Under the pieces are notes generated by a model. It did not search any database. It saw only the letters and a program-made list of their open reading frames with translations, and was not told the origin of the DNA. From Vicinamibacterales bacterium (GTDB taxonomy: Bacteria; Acidobacteriota; Vicinamibacteria; Vicinamibacterales; UBA8438): DNA of 64,000 nucleotides. The position numbers and the translations under genes are program-made. The stretch is from assembly GCA_965215155.1 (NCBI GenBank), contig CBDCCY010000002.1, positions 431,386 to 495,385 of the forward strand. Reading direction: 5' to 3'. Positions 18,217-26,728 of the stretch are shown here, piece by piece; within the stretch, counting starts at the first letter, position 1, and every line of letters begins with the position of its first letter.

Positions 18217-19372
18217 GTGTGCACCGTCAGAAATACGTGAGCAGTAACGCTTCAGGGATTCCGATCTGCTCGGCGGTCTTCGTCCAGACGAAGGGCTTGG
18301 GGTCTTCGTTGTAGACCGCCAGGTACTCCTTGATCGCCGCCTCGAGTGCTTGGGTGCTGCGATGGGTTCCACGCCGGATCTGCTGCCGGGTGATCTCGGC
18401 GAACCAACGCTCTACCTGGTTGAGCCACGATGCGCTCGTGGGCGTGAAGTGCAGGTGATACCGAGGACGCCGTGCCAGCCAGTCGTGGATCATCGCCGTC
18501 TTGTGCGTGCCGTAGTTGTCCAGCACCAGGTGGATGTCGAGGTCGGGCGGCACCGCCTTGTCGATCACGGCGAGGAAGCGCTTGAACTCCACCGAGCGGT
18601 GCTTCCGAAAGCACCTGCCGATCACCTCGCCGGTGGCGGTGTTCAGGGCCGCGAACAACGAGGTCGTGCCGTGCCGTCGATAGTCGTGTGTCCGCTGCTC
18701 CGGTGCTCCCGGACGCATCGGCAACACCGGCTGGGTACGGTTCAACGCCTGGATCTGCGACTTCTCATCCACACACAGCACCACCGCTCGCTCCGGCGGA
18801 TGCAGGTACAGCCCCACGATATCGCGCACTTTCTCGATGAACAACGGGTCTCGCGACAGCTTGAAGGTCTCGCTGCGATGGGGCTTGAGCGCGAACGCGC
18901 GCCACACGCGGCCGACGGTCGAAGCGCTCAGCCCGCAGGCTCGGGCCATCGACTCCCGGCTCCAATGCGTCGCCCCCCGTGGGGTCGTCTCCAGCGTCCG
19001 GACCACGACCCGTTCGACGTCCTCGTCCGACACCCGGCGCGGCGCGCCCGGCCGTGGTTCGTCCAGCAAGCCGTCGCAGCCGTTGCGCAGGAACCGCCGC
19101 CGCCACTTGCCGACCGTGGCCCGCGTCGTGCCCAGAGCCTGCGCCACGACCTGGTCGCTCCGTCCCGCGGCGCTCTGCAGCACGATGCGTGCCCTCAGGG
19201 CCAGAGCCTGCGCGGTATTGCGCCGGCGCAGCCAACCCTCCAGTTCCTCGCGCTGTGCGTCCGAGACCTCCGGGACCTCTCGTGTGTAATGGTTCGGCAC
19301 GGCCCTCCTCGCTTCCGGGCCGACCGTACCACGAGCCGATTCTACTGGTCAAGAACTTCAGGCGTTGGACAG
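18217..19372 (-). mobile_element. IS630-family insertion sequence (1156 bp) flanked by a TA target duplication
   Basis: TA at 18215-18216 and at 19373-19374. Imperfect terminal inverted repeats: GTGTGCACCGTCAGAAATACGTG versus the reverse complement of the right end, CTGTCCAACGCCTGAAGTTCTTG (15/23 identical). A single DDE transposase ORF fills the element. Confidence 0.85.
18227..19300 (-). CDS. IS630-family DDE transposase
   Basis: N-terminal HTH ([34 protein letters not shown]) and catalytic region ([14 protein letters not shown]...[12 protein letters not shown]...[20 protein letters not shown]) follow the IS630/Tc1-mariner-like pattern. Confidence 0.95.
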   Translation of the reverse strand: MPNHYTREVPEVSDAQREELEGWLRRRNTAQALALRARIVLQSAAGRSDQVVAQALGTTRATVGKWRRRFLRNGCDGLLDEPRPGAPRRVSDEDVERVVVRTLETTPRGATHWSRESMARACGLSASTVGRVWRAFALKPHRSETFKLSRDPLFIEKVRDIVGLYLHPPERAVVLCVDEKSQIQALNRTQPVLPMRPGAPEQRTHDYRRHGTTSLFAALNTATGEVIGRCFRKHRSVEFKRFLAVIDKAVPPDLDIHLVLDNYGTHKTAMIHDWLARRPRYHLHFTPTSASWLNQVERWFAEITRQQIRRGTHRSTQALEAAIKEYLAVYNEDPKPFVWTKTAEQIGIPEALLLTYF

Positions 19373-19374
19373 TA

Positions 19375-20112
19375 GGCTCGACCGGTCACAAGGACGAATC
19401 CGCCGATGCCAGTAACGTCGAAGCGATCGCGATGCTGATCAAATCGAACGCTGCCGAAGATGAAGAATCACACCTCCCTTCTGACCGCGGCGATGACTCC
19501 GAAACCGCGCAGCGACTTCGATTTGTCAAGTCCGCCCGCAAGGACTGTCAGCGCCTGTCCCAGCTCGTCGCCAGGATGGAACGCCGCGATTTCACCCAGC
19601 AGGAGTTCGACGATCTGATCTTGGCCATTGCGGCTCATCCACCGCACAGAGAGCCGGAACTCGTCACTGCGAAGACCGGTCTGCGTGTCCAGATGTCGGA
19701 CGTCGGCGTCGGGATCTCGCAGGTCCTGCCTGTCGTCGTGGCGGCACTCGATCCGTGCCGGCCGGGCATTACCGGCATCGAACAACCGGAACTGCACCTC
19801 CACCCCAGGATCCAGGTAGAACTCGGCGATCTGTTCGCCCATCGGTCGCAGGACGACGGCGTGTTGCTGATCGAGACCCACAGCGAGCACCTGCTGCTGC
19901 GCCTCATGCGTCGCATGCGGCAGACGAGTGACAGTGCGTTGCCGCACGGCGCTCCCCAACTGCGACCGGAGGACATCAACGTGCTGTTCGTCGAGATCGA
20001 TCCCCGAGACGACCAGACGCTGGTTCGCGAGATGCCTCTGAACGAGCGGGGGGCGCTGGTCGAGGCGTGGCCCGGCGGTTTCTTCGAAGAGGATCTGAAG
20101 GAAATCTTCTGA
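19375..20112 (+). pseudogene. C-terminal part of the same ATPase (signature/Walker B/H-loop plus DUF3696-like tail)
   Basis: MSDVGVGISQVLPVVVAAL...GITGIEQPELHLHPRIQVELGDLF...GVLLIETHSEHLLLRLMRRMRQ...INVLFVEIDP...LVEAWPGGFFEEDLKEIF. It is in frame with 16867..18216 once the IS and one TA are removed. The first internal ATG is at 19432. Confidence 0.85.
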
Positions 20113-21062
20113 TGCCCCTTCTGGCCGACTACGCCATTACGCCGGACGTCCCTGGCGAGACGTGCTACCCCACGCCGGGTGAATGTGAGGCTCGCATCGA
20201 AACCATCCGCGAAGCGATGCTGACCGAGGGGCTGGTCCGTGACCTCCGCGACGGCGCGTGGCGGCGTCTCTTCGCGTCGGACGCCCGACCCTGGCACCGC
20301 GGCGGCATCGAACTCGTCAAGACGTTGGCCGCCAAGGGACGACTCGTCCAATTCCAGCCGGCCCTGCCTCGTCCACCTCGGGACTACGGGACCTGGTGCG
20401 CCGAAGCCCTGGAAACCCATGCCGCGCACCCCCTGCGCGGAGGAGTGATCGTAACGGAATCGGTGAAGACCGAGCATGCTGACGAACAGCTCGTGGCGGG
20501 AATCGATCGTCTCGACAACGCACGTTGGTGGAAGCAGCGCAGCCCATCGGTGACTCTCGCCCGTTCACTGGCCGCCTATCGAGACCACCTCGACCTGTTG
20601 CTTAGGCACTCGAATCTGCTCGTCTTCATCGATCCGCACCTCGACCCCGCCAAGGCCAGGTACCGCCACTTCGGCCGCCTCCTCGAGAGGGCCGGAGGCA
20701 GGACTCCGGCCCCCAAGATCGAGATCCATCGCGGGTGCCACGACGGCCGGGGACCCAAGGGAAACCGGCCCCGCGCATGCGACGCCGCCTACTTTCGCCA
20801 CCGATTCCGCAACTCGTTCGCCGCTCCCCTGCGAGACTCCGGCCTCACTGCCGAAGTCTTCATCTGGGACAAGTTCCACGATCGCTTCCTGATCAGCAAC
20901 CTCGCCGGGATCTCGCTACCCAACGGGTTCGACACAGACAACGACGCACGCGCCGTTACGCGCTGGACGCGGCTCGGCACGGAGGATCGTGATGGGGTCC
21001 GCCGGGAGTTCCATCGCGGCAGCCGACGACATCCTCTCCGGGGGCAGTTCAGGCTCCCGTGA
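20112..21062 (+). CDS. Uncharacterised partner protein of the ATPase (316 aa)
   Basis: Its ATG overlaps the ATPase stop (TGATG). No family was recognised. The C-terminal domain (about 20565-21062) has the motifs LLVFIDPHLDPAKARYRHF and FHDRFLISNLAGISLPNGFD, both repeated in the second copy at 21665-22183. Confidence 0.75.
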   Translation: MPLLADYAITPDVPGETCYPTPGECEARIETIREAMLTEGLVRDLRDGAWRRLFASDARPWHRGGIELVKTLAAKGRLVQFQPALPRPPRDYGTWCAEALETHAAHPLRGGVIVTESVKTEHADEQLVAGIDRLDNARWWKQRSPSVTLARSLAAYRDHLDLLLRHSNLLVFIDPHLDPAKARYRHFGRLLERAGGRTPAPKIEIHRGCHDGRGPKGNRPRACDAAYFRHRFRNSFAAPLRDSGLTAEVFIWDKFHDRFLISNLAGISLPNGFDTDNDARAVTRWTRLGTEDRDGVRREFHRGSRRHPLRGQFRLP

Positions 21063-21099
21063 GCCGAGGATCGACGACGCTCCCGAAGAGCGATCTGAG

Positions 21100-21612
21100 A
21101 TGACGATGGTCAACGACAACAGCGCTGCAACGAGATCCAAGTCGGCGCCGCCATCCGATCAACCCGCCGACGATGCGAGAACGCCTCGATCGACGTCGGC
21201 GCTGATCACGGCCGTCGAGATCGAGAACTTCAAGGGCATCGGGCGGCCGGTCCGAATCGACCTTCGCCCCATCACGCTCCTCTTCGGACGCAACAGCGCC
21301 GGCAAGAGCACCGTGCTCCACGCCCTGTGCTACGCGCACGAGATCCTGAGCCACCGCAGCGTCGACGCCCACAAGGTCGATCTCGGCGGCGATCAGATCG
21401 ACCTCGGCGGATTCCAGAACCTCGTCCACGGTCACGACCTCGACCGTTCCGTGCAGATGCGCTTCGAGCTCAACCTGGAAGGATGGCGCGTCCCCCAGCC
21501 GCTGGTGAACGAGATGCAGCGCCTGGAAGACGACGAGACTGTCACGGCTGATTCGTGGGCTGAGTGGCTCCCCGCCCACGACCTGTCGCAGTTCGCCCGG
21601 TCCGGTTCTTGA
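21100..21612 (+). pseudogene. Second, truncated copy of the ATPase (N-terminal 170 codons only)
   Basis: LITAVEIENFKGIGRPVRIDLRPITLLFGRNSAGKSTVLHALCYAHEILSHRSVDAHKVDLGGDQIDLGGFQNLVHGHDLDRSVQMRFELNLEGW is collinear with copy 1. The DNA is about 80% identical between 21201-21485 and 17023-17310. It then diverges and stops, with no Walker B or H-loop. Confidence 0.7.
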
Positions 21613-21664
21613 AGAAGACGTCGACGAGTCGCATCAGGGGCTCGCTGTCTCGCGTTCAGCGGAC

Positions 21665-22183
21665 GTGCTGCGAGAGCCGGAGGCCCTCGCTGGCCACATG
21701 CAGACGCTGATTCGCAGCAGCAGCGAGTTGCTCTTGATTGATCCCCACTTCCACCCCGCCAAGGATCGATGGCGCCCCATCGTAAGGGCGTGTATCGAAC
21801 TGGCGGGGCAGGGACACCGTGACAATCCGAGCGTGACACTCCACACGCTGCGTGCCGACCGGAACGCCACGAGTCTGAACGACTTCCAGGCCGTATGCCG
21901 GCGGCACGTCCCCGACATGCTGTCGGGCAGGGTCACGTCGGTACGCATCTGTCGCTGGCGCAAGCGAGACGTCGGGCCTGACGACTTCCACGCTCGTTAC
22001 GTCCTGACCGACAGGGGCGGATACAGCCTGGACAAGGGGCTCGACTATGAACGCGGCGTCACGCAACCCGTCCGGCTTCTCGACGAGAACGAGTGGCAGC
22101 GCGTCCGGAACGGCTACGGGGAGGTCGAGCCATTCTTCGACAAGGAAGGCGACTTCGAGATAGCCAGACCGCTCCGGCCGTGA
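21665..22183 (+). pseudogene. Second copy of the partner protein, C-terminal domain only (172 codons, GTG start)
   Basis: ELLLIDPHFHPAKDRWRPIV...FHARYVLTDRGGYSLDKGLD aligns with residues ~152-300 of the 20112..21062 protein. The N-terminal ~150 residues are missing. Confidence 0.6.
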
Positions 22184-22265
22184 ACGGTCAGGAACGGTCA
22201 GGAGACTGTACGACGTGAGTTCGTCGTGCGCGCGCCGCTATCGGGAACGCGCCAGAGGATCCGTC

Positions 22266-22508
22266 ATGACTCCGCTCGAACTGAACGAATCAACGGTGAA
22301 GAGGCTCTTCAAGGAAGCCCTCGTCGAGACACTCCACGAGCACCGGAGCCTGCTCCGGGAGGTCGTGGCCGAGGTGCTGGAGGATGCGCGGATGGCAGAA
22401 GCGATTCGCCGGGGTCGGCGAACGAAGACGCTCACCCGCGACGCCGCGCTCAGAGCACTCGAGGCCCCGAGTGAGAGCTTCGTTCAGCGGGGAGCTTCGC
22501 GGGAATAG
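22266..22508 (+). CDS. Small orphan antitoxin-like protein (80 aa)
   Basis: MTPLELNESTVKRLFKEALVETLHEHRSLLREVVAEVLEDARMAEAIRRGRRTKTLTRDAALRAL resembles small antitoxin partners of RelE/ParE-type toxins, which share the pattern ...VLED..L..AI.EG..T..V.R.EA. No toxin gene follows. Confidence 0.45.
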   Translation: MTPLELNESTVKRLFKEALVETLHEHRSLLREVVAEVLEDARMAEAIRRGRRTKTLTRDAALRALEAPSESFVQRGASRE

Positions 22509-22519
22509 GAAAGACCGCT

Positions 22520-22550
22520 CCGTGCGCGGGCCGGCGTGACCCGCGCACGG
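22520..22550. terminator. Bidirectional terminator-like hairpin between convergent genes
   Basis: CCGTGCGCGGG-ccggcgtga-CCCGCGCACGG forms a perfect 11-bp stem. There is no U tract. Confidence 0.5.
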
Positions 22551-22578
22551 AGGAATGCGCCACCGATTCCGCGCGCCG

Positions 22579-23622
22579 CTACGGCTTCACGCGCACGTAC
22601 TTCTGCAGGTTCCGCGGCCGCGGCTCGCCCCCGTAGATGTTGCCCGCGGCGTCCACCGCCACGAACTCCGCCCCGTTGCCGGCGACATCGCGCGGGTCGC
22701 CCCAGACGTACGGAATGAACTCGTCGACCCAGCCGCTCTTCGCGTCGCCGATGCGGATGCCCATCTCCCAGCCGGGGTTCTGCACGTCGTCGGATTCGGA
22801 ATCGGCGACGTAGACGCGGCCGTGGGGGTCGAAGGTGATGCCGCTCGGGCGGCCGAACTGCGTCCACTGGGCGAGGAAGTTGCCCTCCTGGTCGAAGATC
22901 TGCACGCGGTTGTTCGAGCGGTCGGCCACGAAGAGCCGCCCGTCGTTGTCGAGAGCTATGCCGTGCAGGGTGCGGAACTCGCCCGGCGCATAACCGGTCT
23001 TGCCCCACTCCATCAGGTAGTTGCCGTCAGCGTCGAACTTCACCACGCGGTTGTTGGTCTCGTTGGCGTGGCCGTCGGCGACGAAGATGCTGCCGTCGTC
23101 CGCCACGACCACGTCGGCCGGCGCGTTGAAGTGGTCCTGGCCGCTCCCGGCCTCGCCCGGCGTGCCGAGCACCATCAGGACCTCGCCGGTCGGGCTGAAC
23201 TTGACCACCTGGTGCCCGCGGTCGCCGCCCTCCGGTGTGCGCGCCTCGCTCACCGCATCCGTCACCCAGACGTTGCCGTCCGGATCGACGTCGATGCCGT
23301 GCGGCCAGATGAACATGCCGCCGCCGAAGCTCTCGACGGCGGTGCCGTCGGGCGCGAACTTGATGACCGTATCGAGGTCCGACTCCAGGCACTCCCACCC
23401 GAAGCGCTCCGGCCCCGCGTCGCAGCGCAGCACCGCCCAGATGTGCTCGCCGTCGTTGTCCACGGTCGCGTCTCCGACCGCGCCGACGATCCGCCCGTCG
23501 GTGAACTTCGCCCAGTCGTCGACCAGGCGGTACGGGTTGGGATAGGGCTGGCCCGCCGTAACGGCCAGCGAGAGTCCGACGACGATGGCGACCGCAATCC
23601 CGAGGTTGGTCCATCTCAACAT
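22579..23622 (-). CDS. NHL-repeat beta-propeller protein (peptidylglycine alpha-hydroxylating lyase-like), secreted
   Basis: Repeated ...G.F..P.G(I/V)A.D..G...VAD..N.R(V/I)..F... units (HQVVKFSPTGEV, NNRVVKFDADGNY, NNRVQIFDQEGNF). ATG 23622 has GGGAG upstream; the track start 23637 is a GTG. Confidence 0.8.
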   Translation of the reverse strand: MLRWTNLGIAVAIVVGLSLAVTAGQPYPNPYRLVDDWAKFTDGRIVGAVGDATVDNDGEHIWAVLRCDAGPERFGWECLESDLDTVIKFAPDGTAVESFGGGMFIWPHGIDVDPDGNVWVTDAVSEARTPEGGDRGHQVVKFSPTGEVLMVLGTPGEAGSGQDHFNAPADVVVADDGSIFVADGHANETNNRVVKFDADGNYLMEWGKTGYAPGEFRTLHGIALDNDGRLFVADRSNNRVQIFDQEGNFLAQWTQFGRPSGITFDPHGRVYVADSESDDVQNPGWEMGIRIGDAKSGWVDEFIPYVWGDPRDVAGNGAEFVAVDAAGNIYGGEPRPRNLQKYVRVKP

Positions 23623-23647
23623 GATTGGTACTCCCACGTAAACGCTC

Positions 23648-24814
23648 CTACCCGATCATCACCGTGCGGCCGAGCTGCGCGTTGTGCTCGAGGAAGGTCT
23701 GCTTCACCTCGAGCTCCTCGGCGGTCGGCTGCACGTACCCGCTCTCGTCCGTTGCCCGCGACGTGATGGTGTGCTCACCCGGCGTCGCGCCCTCCCACGT
23801 GTAGTTGAAGAACTTCCACGAGTAGCGCTCGCCCGTGGTCGCCGGATCCAGCGTCGCCGGTTGCCAGTCGCCGTCGTCCACCTTCACCTCGACCGAGCGG
23901 ATCGGCGTGCCGTCGTGCATGATGACGCCGAAGACGTTGTGCCGGCCGCCGCGCTCGGTGACGCGCGCGATGTACGACTTGAGCCGCATGCGGGTGATGG
24001 CGGTCTCCTTCCACTTCATCTCGCCGTTGACCATCTCGCCCTTCAGCGTGCGGTACCAGCGGGCCTGGTACTTCCCGAGGTACTGGTCTTCCTGCACGTG
24101 GATCTCGGAGAGGTACTTGACGTTCGGCGCGCCGTACCAGCCGGGCACGAGCAGGCGCAGCGGTCGGCCCTGGAACGGCGTGAGCGGCTCCCCGCCCAGC
24201 GCGTAGGCCAGCAGCGGCTCGTCCGACAGGGCCCGGTCGCGGGGCAGGCTGCGGCCGTACTGCTGGTCGACGGTGTAGGTCCGGCCGCGAAACACGACCT
24301 CTTCCTCGCCGCGGTCGGCGCCCAGGAAGACGAACTCGCGCGCCCGGTCCTGCACGCCGGCCCGCTCGAGGACGGCGCGGAGCGGCACGCCCGTCCAGCG
24401 GCCGTTGCTCGACAGCCCGTTCAGGGGGCCGCGGTTTCCGGAGCACTCGAAGCCGAAGACGAGCTCGCGGCTCGGCATGGCCCGCAGGTCGTCGAGCGAG
24501 AGCGCGAGCGGCTCGTCGACGAGGCCGGAGATCCGCAACCGGTACGCGTCCGTGTCGATGTCCGGATGCCCGTAGTGCTGGGTCGTGAAGAACTCGTCGA
24601 TCGGCGTGAAGAAGCCGTCGATGTAGCGGACGTCGATGATGCGCCGATCCGGGGTCCGCCGCAGCACGATCTGCTCCGGCAGGTCGGTGAACGGAACGAG
24701 GGTCTCGTCCTGCGCGAGCGCCGGATACGCCCACTCCGGCAGGCCGATGACACCGAGGCCGGCCATCGCGAGGCCGCCCTTGAGCACGTCGCGGCGAGTC
24801 GTCTCTGTCTTCAT
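23648..24814 (-). CDS. Sulfite-oxidase-family molybdopterin oxidoreductase, Tat-secreted
   Basis: MKTETTRRDVLKGGLAMAGLG (Tat signal). FGFECSGNRG, LAYALGGEPLTPFQGRPLRLLVPGWYGAPNVKYLSEI, and a C-terminal dimerisation/Ig-like domain. Confidence 0.85.
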   Translation of the reverse strand: MKTETTRRDVLKGGLAMAGLGVIGLPEWAYPALAQDETLVPFTDLPEQIVLRRTPDRRIIDVRYIDGFFTPIDEFFTTQHYGHPDIDTDAYRLRISGLVDEPLALSLDDLRAMPSRELVFGFECSGNRGPLNGLSSNGRWTGVPLRAVLERAGVQDRAREFVFLGADRGEEEVVFRGRTYTVDQQYGRSLPRDRALSDEPLLAYALGGEPLTPFQGRPLRLLVPGWYGAPNVKYLSEIHVQEDQYLGKYQARWYRTLKGEMVNGEMKWKETAITRMRLKSYIARVTERGGRHNVFGVIMHDGTPIRSVEVKVDDGDWQPATLDPATTGERYSWKFFNYTWEGATPGEHTITSRATDESGYVQPTAEELEVKQTFLEHNAQLGRTVMIG

Positions 24815-24883
24815 AGGTCGGTCACCCTGGCCGCGCGGTGCGGCGTCGATCTCCTGGAGCCGGAGGGCCGTAGCGCCGCCCGG

Positions 24884-24913
24884 ATTATACCCCCCGGCCA
24901 CTGCAACGTCCGA
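24884..24913 (-). promoter_or_regulatory. Candidate sigma-70 promoter for the molybdoenzyme gene
   Basis: A perfect TATAAT (complement of 24889-24884) sits in an otherwise GC-rich spacer, with a weak -35 TCGGAC 18 nt upstream. This would give a ~65-nt leader. Confidence 0.3.
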
Positions 24914-25141
24914 CGGGACCCGGGAACCTCCCCGGGCGGGACGTTCCAGCCTCCCCGCGCTGTCGCACGACGGCGAGCCCGTCAAGACGCGGCAGCGTAG
25001 CGCGCGGCTGCGCCGGCTGGCGGCGGGTGGACGCGCCCATCTGCCTCATGCGACCGGATTCCCGCGGCCGCCTGCTAACACATCGCTCTGCCGACCCGTC
25101 ATGGTGGTAGAGGAGGCGGGCCAGGGCCCGGAGTCATCCCC

Positions 25142-25570
25142 ATGGATTTCGAGTTCATCCCGGCGGTTGCGTTCTTCGCGCTGATCGGTTTCATCTTCTG
25201 GGTCCAGAGCCGGGCCAGGCTCGGGGCGGTAGCCCACCGTGCCCAGATCGCCAACAAGTTGCTCGACAACCTCGGGTCCGGCCAGGAGGGGATGGCGTTT
25301 CTGGAATCGGAGTCCGGCAGGAAGCTCCTGGACGCCGTCTCGTCCGATCGTCAGAGCCCCTACAGCCGGGTACTGGGGGCTCTGACCACGGGCACGATCC
25401 TCTGCGCCGCCGGCATCGGACTGCTGCTTCTCTACGCGGCACTTCCGTACGGCGTCCCGGCGCTCGGCTTCGGCATCCTGGCTCTGGCGCTCGGCCTCGG
25501 CTTCGTGATCTCGGCTGGCGTCTCGTACCGCTTGTCCAAGTCGTGGGGGTTGCTCGACCGGACTCCATGA
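25142..25570 (+). CDS. Integral membrane protein, unknown function
   Basis: One N-terminal hydrophobic span (IPAVAFFALIGFIFW), with further hydrophobic segments in the C-terminal half. It lies upstream of an ECF sigma/anti-sigma pair on the same strand. Confidence 0.6.
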   Translation: MDFEFIPAVAFFALIGFIFWVQSRARLGAVAHRAQIANKLLDNLGSGQEGMAFLESESGRKLLDAVSSDRQSPYSRVLGALTTGTILCAAGIGLLLLYAALPYGVPALGFGILALALGLGFVISAGVSYRLSKSWGLLDRTP

Positions 25571-25633
25571 CCCATCGGATGATCGCGTTGCGCAAGCTCG
25601 CCGGTCGGGGTCGATGAAGCGCCGCCGATCCCC

Positions 25634-26146
25634 ATGGACGAAGACGAGTTCGCTCGCTTCTACGACGCCACCGTCCATCCGCTCCGGGGATACCTGATGC
25701 GACTGGCGGGAGACGAAGCGCTCGCCGACGATCTCACCCAGAAGTCGTACTACCGTTTGCTCGCAGCCCCGGGCGCGCCGGCGGGTGGAGTCGGGCGGCG
25801 TCGATACCTCTTCCGAATCGCCACCAACCTCGTGCACGATCACCGTCGAAGTCCGTGGCGCGGCGGCGGACGGCTGGATGAACGAAGCGAGCCGGTCGAT
25901 CACCGTGCGGAGCAACGCTGGCAGTTGCAGGGCGACGTGGGCGAGATACTGGGCCTGCTGACCGGGCGGCAGCGCGCGTTGCTCTGGCTGGCGTACGTCG
26001 AGGGGATGCAGCATCGCGAGATCGCCGAGGTGCTCGGTCTGAGCGCGCTCAGCGTGCGGCCGCTACTGTGGCGAGCGAGACGACGGATGGCCAGGGAACT
26101 CCGTGCGCGCGGGTTCGATCCGCACGTACCGCCAGGTGGCGATTGA
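25634..26146 (+). CDS. ECF-type RNA polymerase sigma factor (sigma-70 family)
   Basis: Region 2 (ALADDLTQKSYYRLL...YLFRIATNLVHDHRR) and region 4 (RQRALLWLAYVEGMQHREIAEVLGLSALSVRPLLWRARRRM). Confidence 0.85.
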   Translation: MDEDEFARFYDATVHPLRGYLMRLAGDEALADDLTQKSYYRLLAAPGAPAGGVGRRRYLFRIATNLVHDHRRSPWRGGGRLDERSEPVDHRAEQRWQLQGDVGEILGLLTGRQRALLWLAYVEGMQHREIAEVLGLSALSVRPLLWRARRRMARELRARGFDPHVPPGGD

Positions 26147-26148
26147 AG

Positions 26149-26628
26149 ATGCCACGATGCGCAACGGAAGCGGATGTGGTGCGGGCCGCGCGTTCGGGCC
26201 GCTGGTCGGCCGAGCTCCGCGAGCATGCCACCCATTGCACGACCTGCGGCGACGCCGCATTGGTCGCAGCCGCGTTGGCGCGCGAGCGGCGCCGTTCGCC
26301 TCGCACGGCGGAGGTCGCCGATGCGCGGCGCGTCTGGTGGACGGCCCAGCTCCGCGCCCGTCACTCGTCCATCGAGCGGGCCACTCGCCCCATCGCCGTC
26401 GTCGAAGTAGCGGCTGTCGGGATCGCCGCGCTCGCGGGTGCCTTCGCCCTCTTCTGGGCGGCTCCGCTCATCTCCGCGGTCGGACTGAGCGGCGAGTGGG
26501 CGCGAGCCGGCGGAAGCGTGCTCGAATCGCTGGTCGCCGCGGTCGCCACCAGCGGCACTGCCGGCATCGCGTTCTGGCTATCGCTGGCGATCGCCCATGC
26601 TGCCGCGAAGGATGTCCCGGGACGGTGA
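26149..26628 (+). CDS. Anti-sigma factor (zinc-finger ZAS-like, membrane-anchored)
   Basis: Starts 3 nt after the sigma stop. Contains the H-x3-C-x2-C motif (HATHCTTCGD) followed by transmembrane segments. Confidence 0.65.
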   Translation: MPRCATEADVVRAARSGRWSAELREHATHCTTCGDAALVAAALARERRRSPRTAEVADARRVWWTAQLRARHSSIERATRPIAVVEVAAVGIAALAGAFALFWAAPLISAVGLSGEWARAGGSVLESLVAAVATSGTAGIAFWLSLAIAHAAAKDVPGR

Positions 26629-26728
26629 TCAACCCCCCTAGGCCCCGGACCGATCATCGTCGGCCCAGGCACCCCGGTCCGAGGCACCGGACACCGGACG
26701 GACGGCCTCGCGCTCCGGCTCCGGCGGT

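Noticed and set aside
20292-20308. A second TGGCAC that could be a sigma-54 -24 element
   Set aside because: It is followed by CGCGG-CGGC rather than N5-TTGC, and it lies inside the partner-protein coding region.
15315-22550. Prophage or integrative element spanning the defence-like locus
   Set aside because: There is no integrase, tRNA, att-like direct repeat or phage structural gene in or around it. Only the IS630 element is demonstrably mobile.
24815-24990. Possible Moco riboswitch in the leader of the molybdoenzyme gene
   Set aside because: I could not identify the conserved Moco-motif helices or loops by eye. Only a TATAAT box is supportable. A covariance-model scan would be needed.
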